Assembly (NCBI RefSeq): GCF_001194135.2 | Contig: NC_068999.1 | Location: forward strand, 52,047,590-52,111,229 | Length of the DNA: 63,640 bases | From: Octopus bimaculoides | Lineage: Eukaryota | Direction of reading: 5' to 3' | Shown here: piece by piece, positions 23,494 through 36,103 of the stretch | Position numbering within the stretch: the first letter of the stretch is position 1 | Layout of the letters: each line of letters starts with the position of its first letter | Notes under the pieces: generated by a model | What the model was told of the DNA's origin: nothing | Database searches by the model: none | The model's input: the letters and a program-made list of their open reading frames with translations, nothing else | Position numbers and translations under genes: made by a program

Positions 23494-25037
23494 GTATATG
23501 ACAGGCTTCTTTCAGTTTCCGTTTACCAAATCCACTCACAAGGCTTTGGTTAGCCCAAGGCTATAGTAGATGCTCGCCCAAAGTGTCACACAGTGGAACT
23601 GAACCTGGAACCATGTGGTTGGGAAGCAAGCTTCTTACCACACAGCCATGCCTGCGCCTATTTCATCATCATGGTTTTACTGTCCATTTGTCTATGCTTT
23701 CATTGATCAGACAGAATTTATTGAGGCAGTTTTCTATGGCCAAATGCTCTTCCTGTCGCCAACCCTCACCTGTTTCCAAGCAAAGCAAGGTAATATTTTT
23801 CCATGGCCAGACCTGTTTCCACAGAATATTGGAAATAAATATTTATCACACTTACTCCATATCAAGACAAAATGACACAAACACACACTCACACATACAT
23901 ACATACATACATACATACATACATACATACAAATGTATATGATGGGCTTCTTTCAGTTTCCATCTACCAAATCCATTCACAAGGCTCTGGTAAGCCAGGT
24001 GCTGTAATAGAAAACTCTTGCCCAAAATGCATCATAGCAGGACTAAATATGAAACCATGTGGTTGAGAAACAAATTTCTTCTATGCTGGTGCCAAATAAA
24101 AAGCACCCAGTACACTCTGTAGAGTGGTTGGCATTAGGGAGGGCATCCTGCTATAGAAACCATGCCAGAACAGACAATGGAACCTGGTCCATCAAAATTT
24201 CATGTTAATTATGTTCCAAACACCAGTTTAACCCTTTTGAGATACATGGTATTTTGGTATGTGTAGTTAAAAAGACCAAATTTTTTTCTCTATTGAGATA
24301 CATCTATTGAAAGACAATCCCTGATTAGCTTTTGCACTTCAAAACCAACCATCCACAACATTTGTTCCATCAGGCCGATGGATCAGCCTCAAAGTTCTTT
24401 CAGCTTGTATCACTTAGGCTGATCAATCGGCCTGGGTGTTTATACATGTTGGCCTTGTGCCATCTTGCCTGTGATATGCTGAAGTTTTATATAACTACAT
24501 CAACCTAAAATACACCCTGCTTGCTCCCCCCACCCAATTAGCATCTTGTATATTTTCCTCTTTACCTTCTGAAGTAATTATATAACAAATTTATTCATGA
24601 AAATTGTAGTCATAAATGGTTATACCTTGCTTTCTTGTGAACTAAATCTTTTTTTTCTTCTTTTTTTTTTACTTACAGGCTTTCTAAGCTGCAGTATTTA
24701 GATTTGAGTATAGCAAATATATCTGTGAAGGGCTTAGGTGAGATTCTGGCTAAGTGCCATGACTTGCGTAAATTGAGCCTTGAAAGTTGTGACGTTGATG
24801 ATGCTGTGTGTAGGTAAGTAAGGAGGGTGGGTAATTGTTTTACATAATATTCAGGCTCGGGTATAGCTATGTAGTTAAGAAGCTTTACTTCCCAGCTGTG
24901 TGCTCTTGGGTTCAGTCCCACTGTGTGGCACCTTGGGCAGGCGTCTTCTACAATAGTCCTGGGTTGGAACAAGCCTTCTGAGTGGATTTGGTGGATAAAA
25001 ACTGAAAGAAGCTTGTTTTATATATATATATACATAC

Positions 25038-25092
<55 letters not shown>

Positions 25093-26685
25093 GTTTGACA
25101 GGAGCTGGCCAGGCCAAAGACTGTACCAGATTTCTGTGTCTGTTTTGGCATGGTTTTTACAGCCGGATGCCCTTCCTAACATCAACCATACAGCAAAGTG
25201 GACTGAGTGCTTTTTACACGGCATGAGCACATGCGAGGTCAGTTTTGGCATGGTTTTTACAGCTGGATACCCTTCCAAATGCCAGTATAGACTGGATGCT
25301 TTTTACATGGCACCAGCACTGGCAGGGTCACCAAGTAACTTGCAAGGCAAAGATTCTTTGAAAGGGGAGGAGGGGATCTTGTCTCAAATGATGAAAGATT
25401 AAAGTGTAACAGAGAGACAAAGAGGCAAAAACAGGAGGTACATGATTACCCAGCCAGAGAGAAAGAGAGAGTGATCAAGAATGAGGATAAACAAGTGTGC
25501 TGCTGTAAAGGAGATACATAGTTACCCAGCCTATGCCTTGTGGTGTTGAAATAATTCCAAAGGTTTAATGAAGAGTTTATATTTTCATTCCAGTTATATT
25601 GGTGAAAACAAGCAGCTTGAAGTTCTGAATATGTGTATGACCAGAGGAATCACAGATAATGGCCTCATGCCTATTGCTTCCAACTGCAGAAAGTAAGTCA
25701 GTTCACCATTTATTACTTATGATTCTTCTATCATTACTGCAGTAATATTTTTTTTTCTATCTTCATTATTTGTGTCATTATCACAAATATTACTACATCA
25801 AGCTAAAATACACCCTGCTTACTCCCCCCACCCAATTAGGATCTTGTAATGTAACTAGGCCTACCATAATAGCTGACCAAAAGGTGTCAGACTAAATTTT
25901 CATTGTTCCTATACTTATAAATGTGTAAGACATTCAGCTAGGAGATTTGGGGTTAGCTGCAGTTTTTTATATTTTTGTTAATTAGGGTGTGCCTTTATGC
26001 CTGAAAATACAGTATACACTTCAGCCATATAACCACGTGCTGTTTGTGAAATTTTTCCTTCTTTGGACTTTTCCGTTTTCCTTTCTGATGAAGAGCTATG
26101 CTTGAAATGTTAAAAACCTACTCTTTTTTACCACCTTTACCGAGCATCAAATTAATACATTCCGTGTGTATGTCCTTGTTCTTTTGATTTTGTCATTTTT
26201 AATGTTTGATTGTCCAACTTTTAACATTCGATTTGACTACAATAAATACTATTTCTTTTTCAGACTGGAATCTTTAAATCTTGCCTGGACAGGACTTGAA
26301 CAACACAGCCTTATGTATCTTAGCTTATGTTTACCTGAAAGTTTACTCAAACTAAATATAAGTGGGTTTCGAGAAAATTTGACAGATGAAGGTAAGTTAG
26401 TTTTTAACCCTCTTTCTTGTGTTTTATATTTTGGTTTTTTTTTTTTTTTTNNNNNNNNNNNNNNNNNNNNNNNNNNNNGGGGGGGGGGTTGTGTTTATTT
26501 AGTTAATGTTTCTTTCATATTGAACCCTTTTGAACCAACCCACCTGAGATCACAGCTGGTTCTATGACATAAATTTCTCATTTTGAAGAGACCTAAATTA
26601 AAGCATTCCTTCAAAATTTCATGTTGTTCCAAACACCAGCTTAAAGAAGAGTTAGTTTTTACTAAATAGTTCATTATTTTCAAAA

Positions 26686-26728
<43 letters not shown>

Positions 26729-29126
26729 ACTCTCTCACTTACAGTTGCACTGTTTTTACATATTAATTTTAATACTCAATAACCATTAAATGGTTGTCTG
26801 ATTATAACTTTGATTCAACAGTTTGATTAGTCCTTTTGAGTTGCACAGCACCAAGTTTATTTTGTTACTATTGTCAAGTGCTAGTTTTTTTAAAACTTTT
26901 TATTAACTTAATATGGACAGAGTCTAAATAATTAACTGTTCAGAAATGCCTAACTAGAAATAGAACCTGAAGTCATTCATACCATTGTTTCAGCTCCAAA
27001 CTAAAGCTATTTCATTTTACTTGTGCTACTGGTTCATGGGCAATGCATGACTCCACAACTTCCTATCCCTCCTTTACTAAAATATAAAACTTTTGTGCTT
27101 AATCAGAAAAAAAAAAAATCAATATTATTTGGCCATTTGTTTTATATTTAAGATTTGAAACCTATTTATAGTCTCCAAACGCTGTTATTTTTCCAGAGGT
27201 TACCCAGTTAGTGACGACTTGCCCTAATCTCATAACCGTGGATCTCAGTGATTCATCATTACTCACAGAAAACTCTGTCAATGCAATTGTTGGTTTGAAA
27301 AACTTGGAACATCTTTCTTTGACAAGATGTAATCGTATCTTACCAGTTTCACTTTAGTAAGTATGGTATTCTTGTGTCAAATTTTTACTGAGAATTACTA
27401 GAGATGAGTTTGGTGGCAAGCCTGTGTAGTTAAGAAGTTTACTTGTCAACACACGGTTTTGTGTTTGTTTGTAGTGTGTGTGTGTGTGTGTGGCACTGTA
27501 GGCAAGTGTCTTATTATAACCTTCTACTGACCAGTGCCTTGTAAGCATTGTTGGTAGATGGAAACTGCACGGAAATCTCGAGGTGTCATTGTTTGTTTCT
27601 GCTGTACAAACATGGGCAGCTATTAAGCTGTTTGTTCGTCGAAAGAGCAAGGGAAGAAGTTACATTACTTGGAAACGAGTGATGGTTGATGACAAGAACA
27701 GTAATGAGCCATAAAATACTGCTGCAGCAAAACCTCATCCAACCCATGTCAGTATGTAAGAGGTGGACATGAAAACTGTGGTGGTGATGGTGGTGCTGCT
27801 ACCACAACTATCAGTATTCCTATTTTACATTGCTGTAACTTATTTTAGGATCATAGTCATTGTTTTAACATCCACTTTTCCATACTTGTATAGGTCAGAC
27901 ATGATTTATTGAGGCAAGCTTTATATGACCAGACGACCTTACTGTCACCGATCCTTGCCTGTGTCCGAACAATGTAATATTTCCCTATGACCAAAGATGT
28001 TTCCATAGAGTATTGGAAGTGAATGGCATTCATTTACAACAGTCAACCAGCTCAAGACAAAGACATACACACACAAATACATAGAGATATATGATGTGCT
28101 TCTTTCACTTTCTGTCTACCAAATTCTCTCACAAGGCATTGGTCAGTCCTGGGCTATCGCAGAGGAAGGACAAGATGCCAGAATAATTGTGGCAGAAAAT
28201 TGGTCTGATGGGAATACTAGTATCAAATGTCTTTCATGATTAGATATGGAAAAGACAATGTCTCGACTGTTTTTGATCTGGCTTGTACATTGTGCACGAG
28301 TTAAAAGAGAAAAAAAGGTGTGGAGAAATAACCCATGTTGGCCAGTAATATGAATTCAGATGAGTTAAGGAGTGATGCACTGATTAGTAATGAATTGGCA
28401 GTCACTAGTCAGAGATATACTGGCTGAAAATTTTTGTAACTCTTTATCTAATGCTAATTTGAACAGATTTGACTGATGAAGTCTAATAAGGCAAAAATGT
28501 CTATTTTTGTCTCCCTTGTCTGTAACTCCCCCCCACCCTTCTAAGTATGTAGATTTAGTAAAATTCATTTTATGAAATTATCTCCCCTTTATTATATATC
28601 ACTAATAATTTGGGGGTTTTGAGTTTTTTTGTTTTTGTTTTTTAATTCAGAAGAAATTTCATTTAGTTAGCTTTTTGCATACATCAGTCAGTACAGCACT
28701 TTCCCCCCACCTCCATTTTCATTATTGCATTTTGCTAATTCTTATTTTTAGAAAGATATTTTAGGGTAGGTGTGAGAGGCTGGATCTGGCTTTTTTGAAG
28801 AAAAAATAGGTAGATTATTTTGGCGAGATGTGGCTGGATAATATTCTCACTGAAAGTTTTAATTTGTGTCTTCCTCTCTACTTTTACATATTTTCAATGT
28901 TTCATTTTCTTTTTTTTTATTTTCTTTCAGTTCCTTGAGCAACTTGCCTCAGCTGTCTGTCTTAAATATTTATGGAATGTTACCTGATGGAATATTGCAA
29001 CATCTCAGCGACGCCCTTGGAAAAGTGGCTATCAATAAATGTCCCTTCACAAAGATTTCTCGCCCTACAACTGGTATCCATAGAACCAGTATCTGGGGTT
29101 TGAGAGTCAGAGACAATCCTCTATGA
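16443..29126 (+). CDS. SKP2: S-phase kinase-associated protein 2 (F-box/LRR), 11 coding exons, 472 aa
   Basis: join(16443-16510,19550-19763,20513-20657,21496-21604,22718-22832,23200-23249,24679-24813,25594-25692,26264-26391,27197-27356,28931-29126) = 1419 nt. All introns GT-AG with compatible phases. F-box LPDLVLLNIFKYL, LRRs, and the SKP2-like C-terminus PFTKISRPTTGIHRTSIWG. Confidence 0.92.
18250..18470 (+). mobile_element. SINE family B; other copies at 2455-2622(-), 4572-4703(-), 35150-35245(-), 36228-36435(-), 36466-36670(+), 47752-47950(-), 51638-51745(-), 58197-58400(-)
   Basis: Same consensus as 60171-60398. Confidence 0.8.
19550..19763 (+). CDS. SKP2: SKP2 exon 2 (RKRKASGSLPG...CQVPD)
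   Basis: aacag| acceptor, |gtaagt donor, open frame. Confidence 0.8.
20513..20657 (+). CDS. SKP2: SKP2 exon 3 (SSSPQNPRILKS..DDDFIRRRKK)
   Basis: tttcag|, |gtaag; resembles the human SPPRKRLKS..DKDFVIVRRPK segment. Confidence 0.85.
21496..21604 (+). CDS. SKP2: SKP2 exon 4, F-box
   Basis: LPDLVLLNIFKYLPKVVLTKCAQVCKKWQRI; canonical splice sites. Confidence 0.93.
21765..22094 (-). mobile_element. SINE family A, diverged
   Basis: Head and tail recognisable. Confidence 0.75.
22718..22832 (+). CDS. SKP2: SKP2 exon 5 (ESECLWKRLDLGNK..RGVVVLRL)
   Basis: Matches the human DESLWQTLDL..QGVIAFR region; canonical splice sites. Confidence 0.92.
23200..23249 (+). CDS. SKP2: SKP2 exon 6 (ISSPIYTGPTSVFSST)
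   Basis: ttttcag|, |gtaagt; phase 0 to 2 is required to join exons 5 and 7. Confidence 0.85.
23261..23658 (-). mobile_element. SINE family A, full-length
   Basis: Colinear with 36673-37050. Confidence 0.85.
24679..24813 (+). CDS. SKP2: SKP2 exon 7, LRR
   Basis: LQYLDLS..ILAKCHDLRKLSLE; canonical splice sites. Confidence 0.92.
25594..25692 (+). CDS. SKP2: SKP2 exon 8, LRR
   Basis: ENKQLEVLNMCMTRGIT; canonical splice sites. Confidence 0.9.
26081..26115 (+). ncRNA. Degenerate minimal hammerhead motif in SKP2 intron 8 (Penelope-like remnant)
   Basis: ttt CTGATGA a gagc tat gctt GAAA T GTT aaa. Confidence 0.45.
26264..26391 (+). CDS. SKP2: SKP2 exon 9, LRR
   Basis: LESLNLAW..LLKLNISGFRENL; canonical splice sites. 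Confidence 0.92.
27197..27356 (+). CDS. SKP2: SKP2 exon 10, LRR
   Basis: CPNLITVDLSDS..LEHLSLTRC; canonical splice sites. Confidence 0.92.
28931..29126 (+). CDS. SKP2: SKP2 exon 11, terminal
   Basis: LNIYGMLPDG..RPTTG..SIWGLRVRDNPL*. Confidence 0.93.
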
Positions 29127-30944
29127 AGTTCTTATTAATTTTTTTTTTTCTTCTTCCTCCAATCATTTCTCAGCTTATCATCATCATCATCATCATCATC
29201 ATTTTAATTGAACTGATCTAAGTAAATACAAGGGTAGCCCTTAATCCCACGTATTTGTTCCTAAAGCTCCAGTGATTGAAAGGATCCACTTGTAGGTCCT
29301 TTTCTTTTTAGGCACCACCCAGATTGTGATTTTTATCCTGCTTCAGGATAGCACATTGTACTTTATTACATCCTAATCTTTGTATTTCATTGTCTAATTA
29401 TCTCGAGACTTACTGTAAAAATCAAACCCATTCGTTGACCTGAAATTGTTGTATATTGTTTAAAATTGTAGGTTTTATTTACCTTGATGTATTGGTTTCT
29501 TTTATTTAAAGACTTTTATTTGTTTTTAAGTGTTAAATTTCATTGCATATTCTCTCCTGGCAAATTCTATGTAAATTTTTAATGTCAAAGCAAGGGAAGT
29601 TTTGCAAAATATTTCGATTTAGTTACTAATGATTTATCATATTTGATGTTACCTAAAAGACATACAAGCATATTAAATGCACCCCAATGTCAACAACACA
29701 TATTCAGGAAAAAATGTCTTTCATGCATTGAAGCTTATAAGAGGTCCAACTTCATGTAAAGGACTTGGGTTTTTTTTTTGTTTTTTTTGATGGTGCCTCA
29801 TGCCGTCAAATAATACAATAGTTAAATTCAGAGAGTATTGTAGTTTGCTTGAAGCATTATGTATTTGTAAAGGATAAAAAGTTTTGAATGGTATAACAGT
29901 GCACTATAATACAAACAATGGGCTATAATGACTGTTGTAATTTAGTCATCCATAGTCTGATGATATTTCGGAATAAAATTCCTTCTTCAGATATTCTTAG
30001 ATGGAGTCACTGCTATAATCGGTTTTAAATTATATAGGAAGCAATGCTCAGAAACAAGATTTTCCATGCAGCACTTGTTACAGTTAATGGATATTATTTC
30101 TTACCTATGCTGTCTGTCAGTCTGCTTCGATTGGTTTGTTTGTGTGCGTGCAGTTCATACAGAATCAAATGTTTACACAAACAAATGTATATTCAGTCAC
30201 ACTATTACAAATTCTCACATAAGCACACATTCATATACACTTGTGCTCCTACCTGTGACCTGTCTCCCATTGAAATTTCCTCCTGAGAATTTTCATAACA
30301 TCCTCATGGGACTTCTGTTAGAATCATTGATAGAGGCTGAGGTGGAGTGAGAAACACTAAGCTGCCATGCAGTACCCACAAATAAGTTATGTCATCTCTA
30401 GAGACTTGTGTCGCCCCAAGTTGTGGTCCTCATAACGCCACATGATGTATATCTGTGGCACAACAACATTGGTTGTTAACTAAAAAATAAATGGTTCAAG
30501 CCCACCCAGGAGCAGTCAAATTTCCTAGGGTACAGGTGTAGCTGTATAATTAAGAAGCTTATCCTTGCATGTAGATTTGGTAGATGGGAAGTTAAAATCG
30601 TGTGTGTGCATGCTTACTCTTGTCTTGTCATCATGTGGTGATTGTAAGCAAGCATCGCCATTATACAAATGTACCTGTATCTCGATAGACAAGTATATGC
30701 TGAGTAGGAAGTAGTTGTGGAACAGGATTATGTTGAGAAATTCTAAACCAAATTTAGGAAATTAATGTGCTGGGGCGGGGAATTGGTCAATGTAACTAAG
30801 GGCCAATAAATGGAAAATTGCGAAAGTAAAGAATGTGGTCTTTTGGAATTAAAAACAACAAAATTAAAAGATAGGTAAAGACTCAGGCAAAGAAAAGCAT
30901 TAGGGTGTAAGAGGAATACTGCCAAATACAACTTCTGTAGGATG

Positions 30945-31169
30945 TTACCCTTTTGTTAGCCGCTTTCTGTTGCAATATACTGCCTTTTGTTTCAATTAAT
31001 TTTGAAAGTAATGAAGAATCTAGTAAGATAACTTTGTCATTATAGACCTGGTGTTTGGAACATAAATTAACATGAAATTTTGATGGAAGATCTTTTAATC
31101 AAGATCACTTTTAAAAGAGGAAATTTGCATCAGAACCAAGGTTCTCTGCATTGTTATTGAAAGGGTTAA
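30945..31169. mobile_element. MITE with (TTAA)CCCTTT...AAAGGG(TTAA) ends, piggyBac-like
   Basis: Inverted termini; related fragments near 24190-24240 and 26565-26645. Confidence 0.5.
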
Positions 31170-32597
31170 TAAATAGATGTAGTGGGTTATATTGCATTAA
31201 TTCAGCTGTTTATAACAAAGTGATTGGGTTCTTATTCTTGATTTTAAATAGGACAGAACTAGTCTATGTCCTTAGTTGAGTTATTATAGTAGTGGCTTGT
31301 ATAATGGTACCAACAGAATAATCAAAGGCTTATGTTAAATTTTATAAGGGATTTTTATGAACGTTGATAGTATCAATTCTTGAATTCGAATAGCTATAGA
31401 TTTTATAGTACTTTGACCTTGGACTGTCTTTTCTGCTTCTCTCCAGTTGGACCACTGCTGTTTCAGCCCTGTCTCAGTACTCTACTTCCAGCTGTTTTTA
31501 TAGGGCATCCTCTCCCAGGTCTTGTTTTTTTTTAATTGTCATTGATACTTCTGTAACTATTTTTCTAGGTAGGTGTGTCAACCCTTCACAACCCCATTTT
31601 TACCTCTGGGAAGAAGCAGTCCATATTTGAGTTTGACTTCTATTCTTGGACCTGTCCAGAACATGAGGCCCTACCAAGACTTTGTGTTCTGCTGGTATAG
31701 CTCTCAGGTTATTGAGACACACAAACCACCATAATACACAATAAAGACTAGATCTTGAGATTTTATAGTAATCTAACTGCCCGTCTCTTTCTCCTTGTCC
31801 TGGTTTGTTTGTCCCCCTAATATGCACATCAAATCAATTAACCTGTATGGTACTTTTACTATATCTTCATTTTCCTCTAAAAACACTGACAAGTTGTTTA
31901 GTTTGCCTAGTATTGAACAGAAATGTATATTTTTAAGGTTTAATTAATTACTCATGTATGAATTGTATGAAGTTTTATAATTGTATATTTTATTATTTAT
32001 TAAATGACAAAAGTGAAACATGTATTTTGATTTAATTAATCCCTTCAAATGCAGTTTGGCACAAGTTACTAACTATTGAACTCAACCCTGATCACTTCAA
32101 ATTTTCCAAGTGTACTCATTGGTATCAATCTAATTTCTAGTTTTGAAATAGGTCAAGTCTTGTAACTTAAAAAACATATCCTAATATTTAAAAATGCAAT
32201 AAAATAAAATAGGAAAAAGTAGAAATACCTGTACGATTAAGCAATTATTAGTACAATATATAAAGTGCCAAGGTTTTATAATAATAATCATCTGTCAAGT
32301 TAAAGGCATAATTTGTCTAATGAAGAAATACTTTCTGTAGATTAAAAATAGGAAAACATATAGAAAGATAGTGTTATTAACTATTAAATGAATTCAGTAG
32401 TATTAATAAAAAGAACAACATCAGTTATCTTGTCGAAGATTCTTTGTTGACTGTAGTATTACCCGCGAAGTAGTATTATCACGTGACAAAATGGCATTTA
32501 TTCGTGACCACAGATATTAAAATTTCCATGTTTCACTACCATGTTGCATGGCCATATGTACAGGCATCATACAATCTGCCTTAAAAATGATGATGAT

Positions 32598-32636
<39 letters not shown>

Positions 32637-32815
32637 GTTGAGAAGTAATGGTGTCGGGTAATGCTGAGTAAGTGCTATAGTTAAGCTCCAGGTTCGGTGA
32701 TTATGCGAATGAGTCCAATGTAGGTCATATATCAGCATGCATATATATAAAAAAAAAATTTTTCAGAATGAGATAAAAAACCAACGCTGTGAAGATTTTA
32801 GGACATTTATAAATA

Positions 32816-33040
32816 GGTTTTACAGCTGTTTCCAGGATATTTATCATATCCCTTCGTCGGAGACGGTGTGAGAAAATGGTTAAGCAATAGTTAATTTAGA
32901 TAAGATATGAAATAGAGACTGAAGTGGAGGAATGAAAATAGACGTGAGATATGCAGGGATATTGCATTTGTAGATCCATTATTTAGGCAGAATGGTATAC
33001 ATATAAGATTCCAATAGTATTTAAAATTGGTCATTGCAAG
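32816..33040 (-). mobile_element. Penelope-like 3' remnant with a degenerate hammerhead (32816-32865)
   Basis: Minus strand reads gtct CCGACGA a gggata-tgataaa-tatcct g GAAAC agct GTA. Upstream ILLESYMY..P resembles a GIY-YIG C-terminus (weak). Confidence 0.45.
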
Positions 33041-33748
33041 TATAGAGTTTGTACATAGTGCTGTTGAATCAAGGCATCAGATGTGTGCAGGAGAGAAGAC
33101 TGTGCTGGTTTCGTCATGTGGGTTTTATACATATATAGAATAGGAAGAGTTTCGGTCACCGGTGATTTAACCCAATGGGTATGGGTCTGAGTGCCCCAAT
33201 TGATAGGCTACTAGCATCCAAGTTCACAACGGGGCTGGAGTTGTGTTAGCCACCATCCAGTAGGGAGAGAAGCAGGGATCTGTAGCCTGCTTCCGAGTCA
33301 GCAGGTATAAATTGAAGGAAAGAATGAAACAAAATCAAGGCAAGACAATTAATTTAATGATGAATCGAAGTAAGCAAAAGTAGATTCTTTCTGAGATATC
33401 CTGGTAATGGATCAATGTGTTGATCCACATTTCCATATACTGGGTATTCTGTCGTAAGAGACAAAATATATACAGGAAACGCTTATGTGATGTAGAGAGA
33501 AAATATGCGGTGCTTGAGAAGACTTGTCAAGCCAAGAGAAATCGTAGTAATGGTTGTTGCCAGTCTCATGTAAACAACACCCATTACACTCCTGGAGTGG
33601 TTGGCATCCAGCTGTAGAAACCAAGTCAAATCAGACTGGAACCTTGTGCAGCTTACCAGTTCCAGTCAAACTGTCTAATCCATGTCAGAATGGAAAGCAG
33701 ATGCTTAATGACAACGATGATGATGATATATATATATATATATATGTA

Positions 33749-34112
33749 GGCGCAGGTGTGGCTGTGTGGTAAGAAGCTTGCTTCCAGTTTCAGTCCCACT
33801 GTCTTAGGCAAATGTCTTCTACTATATAGCCTCAGGCCGACCAAAACCTTGTGAGTGGACTTGGTAAATGGAAACTGAAAGAAGCCCATTGTATGTGTGT
33901 GTATATATATATATATGTTTGTCCTCTCTACCATCGCTTGACAAACGATGTTGGTGTGTTTACATCCCCGTAACTTAGTGGTTTGGGAAAAGAAACCAAT
34001 AGAATAAGTATTAGGCTTACAAAGAAGTAAGTCCCATGGTCGATTTCTTTGACTAAAGGTGGTGCTCCAGCATGGTTACGGTCAAATGACTGAAGCAAAT
34101 ACAAGAATAAAA
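33749..34112 (+). mobile_element. SINE family A, full-length
   Basis: ggcgcaggtgtggctgtgtggtaagaagcttg head plus tail. Confidence 0.85.
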
Positions 34113-36009
34113 GTATATATATATATACATGGAATTGCGAATGCTTAAAAAAACTGAAGCTAGCATGCTTCAATGGGTGGGTAATGTAAGTGTATGAAAG
34201 ATAGTGCAAATGATTTAAGAGGAAAATTGGGTATAAGAGGCAGGAGAGAAGACTGCTGGTTTGGTCATGTGATGCATATGGATGAGGACAGCTGCATAAA
34301 GAAGTGCCGAGCTCTAATTGTGGAAGCGGTAGATCCAGGAAGACGTAGAATGAAGCAGTGAGAAAGGATCTTTGAACACTGGGCCTCACTGAGGAAATGA
34401 CAAGGGACCAGGAGTTGTGGCAATTTGCTGTACTTGAGAATATGCATGAAGCTAAGCAAAATTGCTGTCATCCATAAATACAGGCTTGTCCTTTACAGGT
34501 GCTGCTGCGACATAAGACACCCGGCACATTCTGTAATGTGTTTGGTATTAGGAAGGGCATCCAGCTGTAGAAACCATGCCACAAAAGACAACTGGAGTCT
34601 GGACAGCTCCGGTCAAACCATCCAACCCATGCCAGCATGGAAAACAGACATTAAACAATGATAATGATATGCCTGTGTGGTTATGAAGCTCATTTTGCAA
34701 TCGTTTTAGGTTTAGTTCAGCCGTCATGGCACTTTGGGCAATTATCTTCTACTATAGCCTCAGGCCCACCAATGCCTTGAGTGAATTTGGTAGGTGGATA
34801 AAAAAACGATAAAACTCCTTCCTAAGTCATATAAACTCATAGGGCCAGTTTCCATGGTGTGTATATTTACCTGCTGGATGAGATGCCAGTCCATAGCAAG
34901 TTTACTCAATTTTACCAGATGAGTGAACTGGAGCAACATGAAATGAAGTGTTTTGCTCAAAAACACGTGTGCTGGTCCAGGAATTGAAACCACAATCTTA
35001 CGATCATGAATCCCACACCCTAACCACTAAGCCATGTGGCTCCACTTTAGTAGATGGAAACTTTATAAACGTGTGTGTGTGTCTTTGTGTTGGTCCCTGC
35101 CTCACTACTCAACAACCGGTGTTAGCACATAACCATACTTATATTCAGGTACAAGGCCAGTAATTTCGACTCTGGAGAAATGAAAGGCAAAGCTGACCTC
35201 AGTAGGATTTGAACTCAGAACGTAAAGAGCTCGAAGAAATACCGGAAGTCTTAATTATCGACGTGTGTGTGTAGGTGCGTACGTACACACACGTGCGTAC
35301 GTTTGTATGCCTGTCCGTATGCATGTATATAAGTATACACCCGTGACTCATTGTTTCTTTCGTTCTTTCACTCCCACCAAGTCTGGGAAGCTCTATAGAA
35401 AGGTCACAGGGACAGCCCTTCCTCTTCCGACTGATTAGAAAACGAGGTAAAAGAATAGCAAGAAAACATACATGCCAAGGAAGTATATTCATATTTACAT
35501 CCTTCTACTACATTCGACCTACTCAAAATCTCAACCGATTTCAAGTGGTGGCTGGTGGGTGTACATCAGTGCAAACTCGATCTCCTCTGAGAGCTAAATA
35601 TTTATTGTATAAATGAGGGGGTATAGGAAAAAGTTAAATACGCAGCCAAAAGAATATGTTAGACTACCAAAACTATAGCAGTGTGCTATATTTAACTGCA
35701 CTGGACTTATTTTAGCTTTACTAAAGAAAAATCACTTGCCATAACAATTTTCCTGCCTTTCCCTATTAACTTATTGATCCTGTTTTTCGCGGCGACTACG
35801 ACATTGTTGCTTACCGCCGCCGCCACAATGACGACGAATGACAACATTGTCATTACTGCCGCCGACACCTCCTTCATGACTAAACACTGACTTCATCATC
35901 GTCTGCCATAAATCAATACCCTTATGACAACGCAAAGAACAGAGTTGATGTTTTTCTTGAGAAAATCTCTTTGAAGTAGCCAGCGTGTGGTGAACTGTAA
36001 CGATGTGCA

Positions 36010-36103
36010 TCACCTGAACGAATTCTTAGCTTTTTCTGCTGCCTGTTGATCCTCCTCCTCCGCCTTCTTCTTCTCATTGAGTTCAGCTACGTTTTTCGTG
36101 CTT
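36010..36103 (-). CDS. Candidate terminal coding exon of an unidentified gene (STKNVAELNEKKKAEEEDQQAAEKAKNSFR*)
   Basis: Pyrimidine-rich acceptor ..gaacctcag|, charged helical peptide, about 400 nt of non-repeat 3' UTR and AATAAA at 35601-35606 (minus). No recognisable homology. Confidence 0.35.

Noticed and set aside
33749-33810. tRNA gene
   Set aside because: The A/B-box head continues into a SINE body repeated more than ten times; no complete cloverleaf.
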